Shown: positions 19,903-29,238, numbered from the stretch's first letter. The stretch: DNA of 36,620 nucleotides from a virus (IMGVR_UViG_2675903417_000002:1-36620); one strand, 5' to 3'. Program-made: numbers and translations. The notes: generated from the letters alone by a model not told the origin.

Positions 19903-21516
19903 CTACTCTTTGACGGGTTTCACCACATCATCGTTACCCGGAATGGTTTTGCCGACCACATTGCCGATACACCAGGTCATGATGGGATTGCCATCATGAT
20001 GAAAGCGCCCCGATTCAATTGCCGCTTCCAGCTCTTTCATCGGGTCGGACATGTTGGTGTAGTTCTGAATGATAGTGACGGGATTCAGGTCTTCATCAGC
20101 AAGGTCATGTGACAACCCGGTCGCCCCGAAGGGGTCGATGGGTGACTCACTGACCGGGCTGATTTTGTTCGCCGCTTTGGCCTCCTCGAGGATGTAGCGA
20201 TAATCCACCTCCGCACCATCGGTAACGGTCAGAACGCCCATTTCCACCCATTTCTGAAAGCGTTCGGCTGTCCGGCGATCTTCATTTTTCTCGACGCTGT
20301 ACACCGTGTCATACGGTACCCAGAAGCGCGGAGCCACACTGTAGTAATGCGTTTTACCGTCAATCTCGCGGGTATAAAGTCGCGCCATGCTGTTCATATC
20401 CAGCTTACGCGCCAGGTCAAAGGCCAGAATGCACGGTTGCCCCTCGAACTGCTCAAGGGTCAGTGATTTATCCTCGCAGCTCTGCCAGCTCACCAGGTTG
20501 AAATACGCCGAACGCGCCGACACCCAGATATTGAGGTGTTTTGTTTTAAAGACGTTTGCCAGACGGGCGTTATTTTTCGCACGCTGCTGCTGACTTAACA
20601 AAAATTCGCGATAAACCGACACGCCAATATTCGGGTTAGCTTTTTCCAGCACCTGCGGGTCGGTCCAGTCATCGCCTTCGTCAACGGTATAGATGATCCC
20701 GAACAGTTCATCGTTGGGTACCGAACCGTTGAGCATCTCGATAACTTCCCGCCGCTTGTCGTAGCACGGCCCCTCAATGTTGTACCCGGCGGTGGTGATG
20801 GCCCACATCAGTGGCTGACGTCGCGCGCCCATCCCGGTAAGCATCGTGGTATAAAGCGCATCGGTGGCGTGCTCGTGATATTCATCCACCACGGCACAGT
20901 GGGGTGATGAACCATCACCGGGGTTACCGATCAGCGGTTCAAACCGCGCGCCATCCTCCGGACGGTTCATGTTTGAGGCGTTAACCTCAATCCCGAACGC
21001 TTCCGTCAGCATGGGTGTGCGTTTACACATCAGTCGCGCCGGGCGAAAGACTTCCCACGCCTGTTTCTCTGTCGTGGCACCGGAATACACTTCCGCGCCA
21101 AACTCGTTATCACAGGCAAAACAATACAGGGCAACACCGGCAGAGATTGCCGATTTGCCGTTCTTACGGGGGATTTCGGTATACACCTCCCTGAAGCGGC
21201 GCAGCCGGGAGCCTTTATTGACCCAGCCAAACGCACAGCAGATCACAAAGAGCTGCCACGGTTCCAGCGTGATGGGCATCCTCTTGAATGCCCACTCCCC
21301 CTTGGTGTGTGGCAACAGCTGAATAAATTTCGCGGCCCGTTCAGCCAGGTCCTTGTCGAAGCGGTAACGAAACGACTTACTTTTTTCCGCCATCAGGTCA
21401 TCAAGATGGCGCTGGCAGGCCTGAATCACAAACTGGCAGGCCACAATCTTTCCGCGCACGACATCACGGGCATACTGATTGGCAGCATTTACGTTGGGGT
21501 AAGATTTCCGGCTCAT
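19903..21516 (-). CDS. Terminase large subunit
   Basis: 537-aa ORF; ATPase and nuclease domain-sized; overlaps terS by 4 nt. Confidence 0.85.
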   Translation of the reverse strand: MSRKSYPNVNAANQYARDVVRGKIVACQFVIQACQRHLDDLMAEKSKSFRYRFDKDLAERAAKFIQLLPHTKGEWAFKRMPITLEPWQLFVICCAFGWVNKGSRLRRFREVYTEIPRKNGKSAISAGVALYCFACDNEFGAEVYSGATTEKQAWEVFRPARLMCKRTPMLTEAFGIEVNASNMNRPEDGARFEPLIGNPGDGSSPHCAVVDEYHEHATDALYTTMLTGMGARRQPLMWAITTAGYNIEGPCYDKRREVIEMLNGSVPNDELFGIIYTVDEGDDWTDPQVLEKANPNIGVSVYREFLLSQQQRAKNNARLANVFKTKHLNIWVSARSAYFNLVSWQSCEDKSLTLEQFEGQPCILAFDLARKLDMNSMARLYTREIDGKTHYYSVAPRFWVPYDTVYSVEKNEDRRTAERFQKWVEMGVLTVTDGAEVDYRYILEEAKAANKISPVSESPIDPFGATGLSHDLADEDLNPVTIIQNYTNMSDPMKELEAAIESGRFHHDGNPIMTWCIGNVVGKTIPGNDDVVKPVKE

Positions 21517-22016
21517 GATTCGATGATTTTCAGAAACGGGTTAGTGGCTTTCTTCTGCCCCGCCAGGCCAATCAGACGCTGGCGGCTGCTGGGGTCGAGT
21601 CCGAGCATTGCCCCCGTGCTGCTCATCTCGGACTCCTGTTCTTTCTTGGCGGTCAGCTCCGGATTTTTGACCATGCCACCCATTGCACCGGTGATGATGT
21701 TGCCCTGTCTGGCAATATTTTTCACGGCACGCCGCCAGAACTCGTAGGCCACGCACCACCGCTCAAGCACCGCGAGGTCAGTCACGCACAGCAGGCCCTG
21801 ACCGCAGAGTTCTTTGGTTGTCAGTTGCCACATGATCGTGGCGAGAGGGAGATCTTCTTCAGCGAACCACTCCGGTGGCTCAACACCTTTGATGGGCGTA
21901 AAAACAGGTTCATCTTTATTCAGGGCTCGCTTGCCGGGGTTTCCGGCCAGCGCCTTGCGCGCCGTTGGCTTGGGGCGACGCCCGGAACGCCCCGCCGTTC
22001 CAGCCATATGCGGCAC
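21513..22016 (-). CDS. Terminase small subunit (P27-like)
   Basis: 167-aa ORF immediately upstream of terL. Confidence 0.7.
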   Translation of the reverse strand: MPHMAGTAGRSGRRPKPTARKALAGNPGKRALNKDEPVFTPIKGVEPPEWFAEEDLPLATIMWQLTTKELCGQGLLCVTDLAVLERWCVAYEFWRRAVKNIARQGNIITGAMGGMVKNPELTAKKEQESEMSSTGAMLGLDPSSRQRLIGLAGQKKATNPFLKIIES

Positions 22017-22132
22017 TCCTGGTTAAATTTCATTTTTCGCGGGTATAAAAAAACGATGGGGCGGGCAGTCCGGAAGACGTCAGGCTGCAGGGATTTGACC
22101 CGCCCCTCCCCTCAGACAGTTGAGAATTATTA
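22017..22132. other. Candidate cos / packaging site region
   Basis: Intergenic between HNH and terS, the cos position in HK97-like phages; contains G-rich GGGGCGGGCAG (cf. lambda cosN GGGCGGCGACCT) and an 8-bp inverted repeat GGGGCGGG...CCCGCCCC. Confidence 0.35.
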
Positions 22133-22483
22133 TCACTTTAACCGTTCACGGGCCGTCTTCGCCTTATGACACGGCCAGCACAGACTCTGCAGATTACAGT
22201 CGGCATCAGTGCCGCCATGCGCTTTAGGGATGATGTGGTCAACGGTTTTCGCCTCACGCACCACACTAGCACGCAGACATAACTGACACAGGCCTTTGTC
22301 ACGCTTCAGGACACGCGCGCGGATAACATCCCACTTCGAACCATAGCCGCGCTGATGACGGGACTGACCTGGCTTGTATTGCTTCCAGCCTTCGCTTTTG
22401 TGGCTTTCGCAATAGCCTGACGGGTCAGTAGTTGTAGAGCTGCAGCCGCGAATACGGCAGGCCTTTGGGATTCGCGGGGGCAT
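22133..22483 (-). CDS. HNH endonuclease (terminase-associated)
   Basis: 116-aa ORF with Cys/His-rich HNH motifs (CESHK..., CWPCHKAK). Confidence 0.75.
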   Translation of the reverse strand: MPPRIPKACRIRGCSSTTTDPSGYCESHKSEGWKQYKPGQSRHQRGYGSKWDVIRARVLKRDKGLCQLCLRASVVREAKTVDHIIPKAHGGTDADCNLQSLCWPCHKAKTARERLK

Positions 22484-22537
22484 TAATCTTTCCCCTTAAT
22501 TTATTACTATGAAGCAGACCACAGAGATCGTAATAAA

Positions 22538-22557
22538 AAAACCGCCCGAAGGCGGTT
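22538..22557. terminator. Bidirectional rho-independent terminator after the lysis cassette
   Basis: Stem ccgcc/ggcgg extended by A/T pairs, loop cgaa, flanked by A7 upstream and TTT downstream. Confidence 0.6.
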
Positions 22558-22575
22558 TAAAGTACGGTTCGCATT

Positions 22576-22773
22576 TTATCCTTTTAAAGCGAGCTGAATT
22601 GCATCGGCCAGCTTTCCAATGCGCTCAGTTGCCTGATCTAAATCGCTATGCATTACTCCATTACCTGAGCTTGCTGATGCCTTAGCTATCTCAAGTGCAG
22701 CCTGAACTGCAAGTAAACGCTGTGTTTTTTCATCAGTACTAGCCATACCATTTTTAAAATAGTTCTCTAACAT
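22576..22773 (-). CDS. Small AT-rich helical protein of unknown function (65 aa)
   Basis: ORF 22576..22812 trimmed to the Met preceded by AAGGGA RBS; followed by the strong terminator. Confidence 0.4.
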   Translation of the reverse strand: MLENYFKNGMASTDEKTQRLLAVQAALEIAKASASSGNGVMHSDLDQATERIGKLADAIQLALKG

Positions 22774-22864
22774 AATAATTCCCTTTCTTACCCTGCCGAT
22801 ATAGCAGGTCACGAAAAGTTAATGGGGATTATATTGCAGTTTTCAAGGTTATGTTCACAGCCCC

Positions 22865-23416
22865 TCAGGGAGAGGGGCTTCTGTGATACTGTTGCCGTTC
22901 CCGTTCTATCTGGCGTATTCCTGCGAGCTGATTATTCGCCCTGTCAATAGCTGTCAGTAGAGGTTCAATCCACAGCACGGCCTGGCAGTATGTCAACGCG
23001 CCGGTGGTAAAGGAGTCATTATCGGCTGAGTAAGGGTGCCCGGGATCGGAATGTATGGCGCCGGAACGTAAACTGTTCGCATATTCGAGCACCCCGTTAG
23101 CGATATCAGCAGGAACAGGAAAATCGCAATTTTTTTCACGATGGAGAATCTCCCTGTATTTAATAACCGTTTTTTCACCACTGTCACTAAGTAATGAGTT
23201 CAGACTTCCAGTATATTCTGCTACCTGATTAAAGCGGCTAAAGTTGAATGCCTGTTCAGCTATCACTTTCCCTTGATATTCTGCTTCACCTACGGCTTTA
23301 TCCGCACGTAACTTTTCTATCTGATATTTACTGTAGTAATGGTTTGCTGACCAGACGAGTCCACCAAAGATAGAAATGAAGAATGCAGCGATAACCAGCT
23401 TATAACTCAACTTCAT
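22865..23416 (-). CDS. Rz-like i-spanin
   Basis: 183-aa ORF with N-terminal TM (LVIAAFFISIFGGLVW), overlaps endolysin 3' end. Confidence 0.7.
   Translation of the reverse strand: MKLSYKLVIAAFFISIFGGLVWSANHYYSKYQIEKLRADKAVGEAEYQGKVIAEQAFNFSRFNQVAEYTGSLNSLLSDSGEKTVIKYREILHREKNCDFPVPADIANGVLEYANSLRSGAIHSDPGHPYSADNDSFTTGALTYCQAVLWIEPLLTAIDRANNQLAGIRQIERERQQYHRSPSP
22993..23187 (-). CDS. Rz1-like o-spanin lipoprotein embedded in Rz in another frame
   Basis: Lipobox LISLTGC and Pro-rich C-terminus; entirely inside the Rz ORF; GTG start codons at track start and at codon 17. Confidence 0.6.
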   Translation of the reverse strand: MTVVKKRLLNTGRFSIVKKIAIFLFLLISLTGCSNMRTVYVPAPYIPIPGTLTQPIMTPLPPAR

Positions 23417-23876
23417 TTACCACCCCGCCAGCCTCTTTAAATCGGGCAATCAGGTCACCGATTTTATGTTCATACTGACCGTAACCTGCACCGGGTAATG
23501 ACGCCCAGATATTGCTGCAACGAGCGATAGCCTGACGAATATCGCCGCAATCAATCATCGGTAAAGCACCACGCTCTTTAATCTGCTGCAGCGCTACAGC
23601 GTCCTGGCTTTCTGGAGAAAAATCTTTCAGGCCAAGCTGTTTACGGTAAGTATCCCACCAGCGTGAAAGAAGCTGGTAACGTCCAGCGGCTGTTGATTTG
23701 AGTTTGAGGTTTAGCGTGACAAGTTTGCGAGGGTGATCGGAGTAATCAGCGAACAGTTCGCCACCAACAATAACGTCATAACCGTGGTTACGTGTCGGTT
23801 GTCGCCCGTTATCCGTTCCTTCTGACCATGCCACCATATCAAGGAAAGCTTTACGCTGGGGATTTAGCACCTGCAT
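23400..23876 (-). CDS. R: Endolysin, lambda R-type lytic transglycosylase
   Basis: 158-aa translation is near-identical to lambda R as recalled (NPQRKAFLDM.AWSEGTDNGRQ.TRNHGYDVIVGGELF.DYSDHPRKLVTLN). Confidence 0.9.
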   Translation of the reverse strand: MQVLNPQRKAFLDMVAWSEGTDNGRQPTRNHGYDVIVGGELFADYSDHPRKLVTLNLKLKSTAAGRYQLLSRWWDTYRKQLGLKDFSPESQDAVALQQIKERGALPMIDCGDIRQAIARCSNIWASLPGAGYGQYEHKIGDLIARFKEAGGVVNEVEL

Positions 23877-23879
23877 AAA

Positions 23880-24206
23880 TTACTCCTTAGAACCACCAAA
23901 CTTATTACCGATTACTCTCATTGCAGCCCCACGAATAGCATCGACACCGATCAGCCCCACCCCACCACCAATGGCAACAGAAAGTGATTTAGGCCATCCG
24001 ACATACTCAAGAGCGGATGCAAAAGTCAGTGTCAGAGCGCCACAGAGCAAAATCTCGAGCGTTTTTCGCTTCCAGCCACCACCACCGCCAAAATAGGCAA
24101 TGCGCAAGCCAGCCATAACGATCGACATAATTACTGCGCCCAGCGGCGTGTCTCCACGCCACCAGCTCTGGACCAACTCCAGCCAGGTATTTGGGTTATG
24201 AGGCAT
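23880..24206 (-). CDS. Holin (lambda S-like class)
   Basis: Track ORF 23880..24263 trimmed to internal Met (MPHNPN...) because a terminator hairpin lies inside the longer version; TM segments and charged C-terminus. Confidence 0.65.
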   Translation of the reverse strand: MPHNPNTWLELVQSWWRGDTPLGAVIMSIVMAGLRIAYFGGGGGWKRKTLEILLCGALTLTFASALEYVGWPKSLSVAIGGGVGLIGVDAIRGAAMRVIGNKFGGSKE

Positions 24207-24252
24207 TTCGTCATCTCTCACCTCGCGATATTTGCGGGTACTGTGAAATAAA

Positions 24253-24278
24253 AAAGCCGCCAATTATTTGGCGGCTTT
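24253..24278 (-). terminator. Rho-independent terminator following the Q-to-holin moron
   Basis: 9-bp stem aaagccgcc/ggcggcttt, 8-nt loop, T-run on the minus strand. Confidence 0.55.
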
Positions 24279-24295
24279 CAATAAAAAAGAAAATG

Positions 24296-25081
24296 TTATC
24301 GGGGAAGGTGTTGCTTTGGTCCTTCCCAACTGAAGGAATTAAAAACTTTTTGGATTAAATTTTGCAACTTTGCCAAAGACTCTGTCGAAATATCTACTTC
24401 ACCATAATAGCCATCAGCCATAGTGCACCCAAATTTAGTTCCGAATAAGTTATTCAACATCAATGCCCCCTGAGGTGCAACAACATGAATATTATTTACA
24501 GGTTTGAGTTTTATTGGCTTTGGTTCTTTCTCTGCACCAAGCCCACGAACTCTGTCTTCCATGTGTTGAGCTGAATTCCTTACCTTTCTTAAATCCGGAA
24601 AGTCTTTAGAAAGCTGTTCATGCAATTTTTTAATGTTCTCTGGCGCGCCATTTTCTTTTGAAATTACCTTTAAAAATTTATCAATAGCATCCAAAGCGTA
24701 GAGAAATGATTTTGCATGTAAGAAGATCAATCTGTGTTGATGAGCCAACGGATATTCACCGTTATTCCATTTTTCTCTTTTTAGACGTAGCTCGACCTCT
24801 GAAAAAACCTGTTCTGAATATTCATAAGGTTGATAACCAAACTCTTTACGAACCAGCATTTCCAGTGCTTGTCGTTTCTGTACATCAGCTTGCCATGTCT
24901 GAGAAATATTATCGAATTTACTGTTATTCTTAGTTCTTTCCTGTTCGAATAAATTTAATGCTACATTAGCATCATAAAATGCAGTTTCTAAATGGGATAA
25001 TAAGTTATTAAACGTCCATTCTAACTCTCTGTTTTCAAACTTAAGATTACTGCCTGGCTTGATTAACTCAAAAACATACAT
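24296..25081 (-). CDS. AT-rich moron protein of unknown function; candidate HEPN-like (Rx4H) toxin or defence protein
   Basis: 261-aa ORF in the Q-to-holin slot; low GC versus neighbours; motif RNSAQH fits Rx4-6H; ATG 25079-25081 with AGGGG RBS; own terminator. Confidence 0.6.
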   Translation of the reverse strand: MYVFELIKPGSNLKFENRELEWTFNNLLSHLETAFYDANVALNLFEQERTKNNSKFDNISQTWQADVQKRQALEMLVRKEFGYQPYEYSEQVFSEVELRLKREKWNNGEYPLAHQHRLIFLHAKSFLYALDAIDKFLKVISKENGAPENIKKLHEQLSKDFPDLRKVRNSAQHMEDRVRGLGAEKEPKPIKLKPVNNIHVVAPQGALMLNNLFGTKFGCTMADGYYGEVDISTESLAKLQNLIQKVFNSFSWEGPKQHLPR

Positions 25082-25155
25082 TTTTTCGACCCCTAGTTGT
25101 ATGGTCGAATAATTATATTACTAATTAATACCGTCATTCTGTTTTTACACAATAA

Positions 25156-25176
25156 AAAACCCGCTCAATGGCGAGT
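25156..25176 (-). terminator. Possible tR'-like weak terminator downstream of the late promoter
   Basis: 5-bp stem with one G-U pair followed by T6 on the minus strand. Confidence 0.3.
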
Positions 25177-25223
25177 TCTTGAAGGTTATCAACAGCAGAT
25201 ACATAAAGCCCATCGTTGAGGAA

Positions 25224-25252
25224 ATCTTATCCAGATTTTTTGAAAAATGCAA
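25224..25252 (-). promoter_or_regulatory. Candidate late promoter PR' (TTGCAT - 17 bp - TAAGAT)
   Basis: Hexamers read on the minus strand just downstream of the Q gene stop. Confidence 0.45.
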
Positions 25253-25283
25253 GTATCATGTCGCCATCTTCGTCGAAAATCAT

Positions 25284-26036
25284 TTATCTTGTCACCTTTC
25301 TCAATTGTGTCTCTGCATATGCTTCTTCCTGCCAGCACTTTGTAACCAGTTTATCAATGACATCTGCATATCCTTTGTACCACTGATAATCCGTCAGGTC
25401 TGGTACCAGCTTCTGGACATGATTCCGCGCCAGTGTGGTTGGTAAACGGCTAAATCGGTTTCCATTGCAACGCCCACAAATCTTATAAACAGGCGTGCCA
25501 TGAAGCCGGGTCCTTTTTTCATCCAGGACAATACCTTTACCCTTACACCCTCTGCACGCTGTGCTGACTTCTCCCTTACCATGACAATGCTGACATAGTT
25601 CCTTCACCCACTCTTCCTTGATAACAGATTCCCCGCTTCTGGAGTGTTTCACCACCTCGCGCAATACATTATGAAATCCAGTACCAGCACAATGCTCACA
25701 GCGAGCCTTACTTGCCGCAGACCTGGAATAATCAGCAAAGGCAAAATTCACAAGGTAAGGGATGATCTGTAACCGGATTTCTTCACTCAATTTGTTCAAT
25801 GTCGGGTTATCCAGTGCCATCGCGTAATTGAGCAGACCTTCAATCGCAAACTGAGGATCCTGAACACCAACTTTTGCCAGGAATAAGGCAAACCCAAGCG
25901 GTGCTTTCGACTGCACCATCCCCTGCGCAGCCATCACATCTGTAATTGTTAAACCACCCGAGCCTGTCGCCGGTGCGTCATCACTCAATTTTGGAGATTT
26001 TGGGGAGTAATATTTTGGTAAAGCTTCAAGGTTCAT
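25284..26036 (-). CDS. Late-gene antitermination protein Q
   Basis: 250-aa ORF with Cys-rich zinc-binding region (CEHCAGTG...CQHCHGKG...CRGCKGKG), positioned just upstream of the lysis genes. Confidence 0.75.
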   Translation of the reverse strand: MNLEALPKYYSPKSPKLSDDAPATGSGGLTITDVMAAQGMVQSKAPLGFALFLAKVGVQDPQFAIEGLLNYAMALDNPTLNKLSEEIRLQIIPYLVNFAFADYSRSAASKARCEHCAGTGFHNVLREVVKHSRSGESVIKEEWVKELCQHCHGKGEVSTACRGCKGKGIVLDEKRTRLHGTPVYKICGRCNGNRFSRLPTTLARNHVQKLVPDLTDYQWYKGYADVIDKLVTKCWQEEAYAETQLRKVTR

Positions 26037-26049
26037 GCTCGTTCTCCAC

Positions 26050-27045
26050 TTACGCCAGTACGCCTATTGCCAGCGCACGATCGATAAAACGAAATATCAG
26101 CTCCAGCTGGGAGCCATACTTCTCTTCAAATGCCACGGTATCCGCATGCAGCTCGTCGTGATGCTTTCTGCACAAAGGCAACACAAAGAGGTCATGCGCT
26201 TTTGTACCCATCCCACCCTGACCGTGGCCTATCAGGTGGTGGGGATCATCAGCAGGCTTTCCACAACATGCACACGGCTGTGTCTTAACCCAGCGCGTGT
26301 ACTTTTCATTAACCCAGCGGCGACGTTTTGGGCGTAACATAAAAGACTCCGGCGACTCCGGATCCACTTTCAGCGCCAGCACCTTTTTCGCCTTATCCTG
26401 GATGATGCTGGTGGCAGGAACCGAAGGCACAAGGTCACTTTCCCGGGTGACAGACGGCACAACAGGCTTCGGTAATCTCAGTGCCTTACGGGCTGCACTT
26501 TCCGGTAAGGCATCCGCCAGGTCATTACGAATCAGCCACCAGCACAGTTCCGGCATTGTCACAACGTGACTGTCATCAAAACCGAGATCCCGACGCACAA
26601 CAGACAACACCCAGCGGGCACAGTTATCCGTTGCCATTGATTCCAGCCGTTCCGTGAACTGATCGCGCAGCTGGTTATCGCAGTGCCAGCACAGACGGAT
26701 CGCGCCCGGCGCGTGTCGCATTGTGGTCATGTTCTCGCTGTGCCAGTCGGAATGAGGCCACTGACAGCCCTTTTCACGAAGTAACCAGCTTTCAAGACAT
26801 TCCACGCCACCAGCACGACGGATCACTGCCTCATTGCAGAACACGGCTCGAACGGCAGGATCATCCGCCAGCGGTTGTGATGCCGCGGGAACGGCACCAC
26901 TGGCGAAAGATGAATAACGTTCCGGCTCAGGCTCCAGCAGGACACGCCCCTGCATAAACAGGGGCATCAGCTCTGAACCGGGTCTGAACAATACGATCCC
27001 CATACGCGGGGCTATTTCAGGGGTCAGTAGTGCTCTCACGGTCAC
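26050..27045 (-). CDS. DUF968 / YdfU-like protein
   Basis: 331-aa ORF with C-terminal Cys/His cluster (CACCGKPADDPHHLIGHGQGG...CRKHHDELH); resemblance to Qin prophage YdfU is from memory. Confidence 0.55.
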   Translation of the reverse strand: MTVRALLTPEIAPRMGIVLFRPGSELMPLFMQGRVLLEPEPERYSSFASGAVPAASQPLADDPAVRAVFCNEAVIRRAGGVECLESWLLREKGCQWPHSDWHSENMTTMRHAPGAIRLCWHCDNQLRDQFTERLESMATDNCARWVLSVVRRDLGFDDSHVVTMPELCWWLIRNDLADALPESAARKALRLPKPVVPSVTRESDLVPSVPATSIIQDKAKKVLALKVDPESPESFMLRPKRRRWVNEKYTRWVKTQPCACCGKPADDPHHLIGHGQGGMGTKAHDLFVLPLCRKHHDELHADTVAFEEKYGSQLELIFRFIDRALAIGVLA

Positions 27046-27046
27046 C

Positions 27047-27856
27047 TCAATGAACGGTATCGAGCAGCTTTAACAGCTCAGGGAATCGGGATTCGAAGAA
27101 ATGCGGCTGCGTCTCGCGCGGATTTGCAGGACTGGTGATGTTCTTGCCGAACATGCAGCCTTTCGCTGTCAGCGACCAGAATTTTTTGATGTTGTTAATC
27201 GCGGTACGGCTGTATCGTTCGCGCTGCTCGACGATCCCCAGCTTCACCATCTGGTGATATGCCTGATTAGCCGTCAGGCGGATACCATACTGCTTCAGCA
27301 GTGCACTCAGTGACAGCGTAGGGCGACTTGAGCCATCGGGTGCATCGGCAGGAGCATCAATTGCATAGCGCGGAGCCAGATTCGGTAAGCCAACAGCCTC
27401 CTGGAGTTTCTGACAAGCCCCAAGCACAGATGAGTTAGACAGGTTTAATTCCCGACGCATAAAGTCCAGCAGAATCACACCAGCCTGCATCTTGTCAGCA
27501 GCCTGCCCGGATAATTTTTCCGGTGCGCTGGTTACCATATCGAAAGTACGGATCACCTTCAGATGGAATGACGGGCTGATCCACATTGCATAGGCATACA
27601 CCAGTTCCTTGCAGACATACGTTCCCTGGTTATTTCCGCCATTAATGACGCTAACTGGTTGATTTTGTTCCAGAGGCGGAATTCCACCCTCGGTGAAAAG
27701 TTGTTCAATCAATTCACAGGTTTGCTTATTGGAGAGCCAGTATTTCGGGCGGTTTTTTTGTTCTCCCCCGGCTGCCCTGTGCAGATCGTTCAGGCTGTAA
27801 CGCCCATAAGCATCACGACGAACTTCAATACCATCAATGACCATCAGATTATTCAT
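27047..27856 (-). CDS. KilA-N domain antirepressor-like protein
   Basis: KilA-N signature (MVIDGIEVRRDAYGRYSLNDLH ... YAYAMWISPSFHLKV); start set at Met preceded by GAGGAG RBS (track ORF extends to 27889). Confidence 0.7.
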   Translation of the reverse strand: MNNLMVIDGIEVRRDAYGRYSLNDLHRAAGGEQKNRPKYWLSNKQTCELIEQLFTEGGIPPLEQNQPVSVINGGNNQGTYVCKELVYAYAMWISPSFHLKVIRTFDMVTSAPEKLSGQAADKMQAGVILLDFMRRELNLSNSSVLGACQKLQEAVGLPNLAPRYAIDAPADAPDGSSRPTLSLSALLKQYGIRLTANQAYHQMVKLGIVEQRERYSRTAINNIKKFWSLTAKGCMFGKNITSPANPRETQPHFFESRFPELLKLLDTVH

Positions 27857-27875
27857 ACTTCGTTTCTCCTCTTGC

Positions 27876-28265
27876 TCAGGCGGCTGCACCCGCCGTTTTC
27901 TCGTACTTACTGATAGTGATCTCGACCTTCCCTTCCGGGATAACCGGTCCCCACTCCACCAGCATTCTTTTCACCTGACTGTCGTCTTCCCACACACCCG
28001 CGTGGGTCAGGGCGTCAAACAGCGCCTTGTTATAGTTGTCCAGATCGCGGATCCGGTTATCCGGAGGAAACAACACGATCTCCACTGAAGCAGGTGCCGA
28101 CGTTGGTTTCGGCAGACGACGTAACTGCTCAACTATTGCTGCGCACGCCGCGCTCTGGAATTTTCGCCCCGCCGCGCTTATCAGGCTCTTACCAGCAAAC
28201 GCCCCTTTGTTGGGGTGTCGCCAGTACGTGTTCACGCTGGGCGGAAAAGGCAGGATCAGCTTCAT
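27876..28265 (-). CDS. rusA: RusA-family Holliday junction resolvase
   Basis: 129-aa ORF; conserved RusA core (DLDNYNKALFDALTHAGVWEDDSQV) aligns with E. coli RusA as recalled. Confidence 0.8.
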   Translation of the reverse strand: MKLILPFPPSVNTYWRHPNKGAFAGKSLISAAGRKFQSAACAAIVEQLRRLPKPTSAPASVEIVLFPPDNRIRDLDNYNKALFDALTHAGVWEDDSQVKRMLVEWGPVIPEGKVEITISKYEKTAGAAA

Positions 28266-28588
28266 ACTTTCAGGCCCCTCTCATGTAACCAGTGGGTTGC
28301 ACGCAGCCTTGCGTTTTCCTCACCGGCAAGCAGTGAGCGGATAATCCCGACCGCCTCGCTGTCGTCGTCCTTCACCGCGGTATGAAGCGTGATGCCCCGG
28401 GCCACGCCACGCTTTATCGTGATGACGCCTTTTTTCTCCAGTGCGCGAAGATGCTCCACCGCTGCATTCACTGAACGGTATCCCAGCATGGTTGCCACCT
28501 CCTGATTGGTTGGCGGGAAGCCACGTTCTTTCTGATAAGAAATCAGCATATCCAGCACCTGCTGCTGGCATTGAGTTAACCTCGTCAT
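28262..28588 (-). CDS. LexA N-terminal DNA-binding-domain-only protein (no S24 peptidase domain)
   Basis: 108-aa ORF aligns residue-by-residue with the LexA winged-helix domain (LT.RQQ.V.D.I...G.PPT..E.A..LG.RS.NAA.EHL.AL..KGVI.I..G..RGI.L); ATGA overlaps with both neighbours. Confidence 0.7.
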   Translation of the reverse strand: MTRLTQCQQQVLDMLISYQKERGFPPTNQEVATMLGYRSVNAAVEHLRALEKKGVITIKRGVARGITLHTAVKDDDSEAVGIIRSLLAGEENARLRATHWLHERGLKV

Positions 28589-29238
28589 GCCGCCATCTCC
28601 CTGACCAGTTTTTCTGCCTGCTGGCGAACCTGCGCCAGAAAGGCCTCACCACATGCCTCAAGTTCATCGCGCCCGATGTAGCTGATTGCCGGTCCCTTCC
28701 AGGTCTTGTCGAAAACAGCAATAGCACCAGCGAAGAAAGCGCCTGTCGGCACCTGCTTCTCATCCTTCGGGATAAACCAGGCAGGCAGTTCAAAACCAAT
28801 ACGCCCGCGAATAAAAGCAATATGATCTGCATCTTCCGGCCACCACACTTCGCTGGTGGCAGCTTTGATCAGGAAAACATAGCGCCCGCCTTTATCACGC
28901 ATGGCACTGGCATGCTTCATGATGTAACGCATGCCGGTGATGTATTGCCCCTCATGCTGACTGGCGCGGCTGTATGGGGGATTACCAAAGGCAGCACCTT
29001 TAAGCTCCGCAAGGCGTTCTGACCAGTCATGCGCCAGCGCGTTGTCTTCCGCCGTGTAATACGCAGCACATTTGGCGTTATCACCGTCAGTGAACAGATC
29101 CAGAACAAACGGGCCAAACAGGGTGTTAATTCCCCAGAAAATGTTGTCCGGCGTGCGCCACTGATCGCCCACTTCCTTCAGTTCATGGGCTGGTTTGTTC
29201 CGCAGTTCCGCCAGCGCCTGGCAATATTTATTACTCAT
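28585..29238 (-). CDS. Phage Dam-family N6-adenine DNA methyltransferase (orphan)
   Basis: NPPY motif (FGNPPYS); start set at Met overlapping the upstream stop (TAATG). Confidence 0.7.
   Translation of the reverse strand: MSNKYCQALAELRNKPAHELKEVGDQWRTPDNIFWGINTLFGPFVLDLFTDGDNAKCAAYYTAEDNALAHDWSERLAELKGAAFGNPPYSRASQHEGQYITGMRYIMKHASAMRDKGGRYVFLIKAATSEVWWPEDADHIAFIRGRIGFELPAWFIPKDEKQVPTGAFFAGAIAVFDKTWKGPAISYIGRDELEACGEAFLAQVRQQAEKLVREMAA

Noticed and set aside
23880-24263. Longer holin start at 24263 (127-aa version)
   Set aside because: The extension would run through the terminator hairpin at 24253-24278 and adds a non-holin-like N-terminal peptide; the internal Met at 24206 gives a typical holin length.
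25179-25445. Plus-strand 88-aa ORF overlapping the Q gene 3' end and the late promoter region
   Set aside because: Antisense to Q and crossing the PR'-like promoter; hydrophobic low-complexity translation and no RBS.
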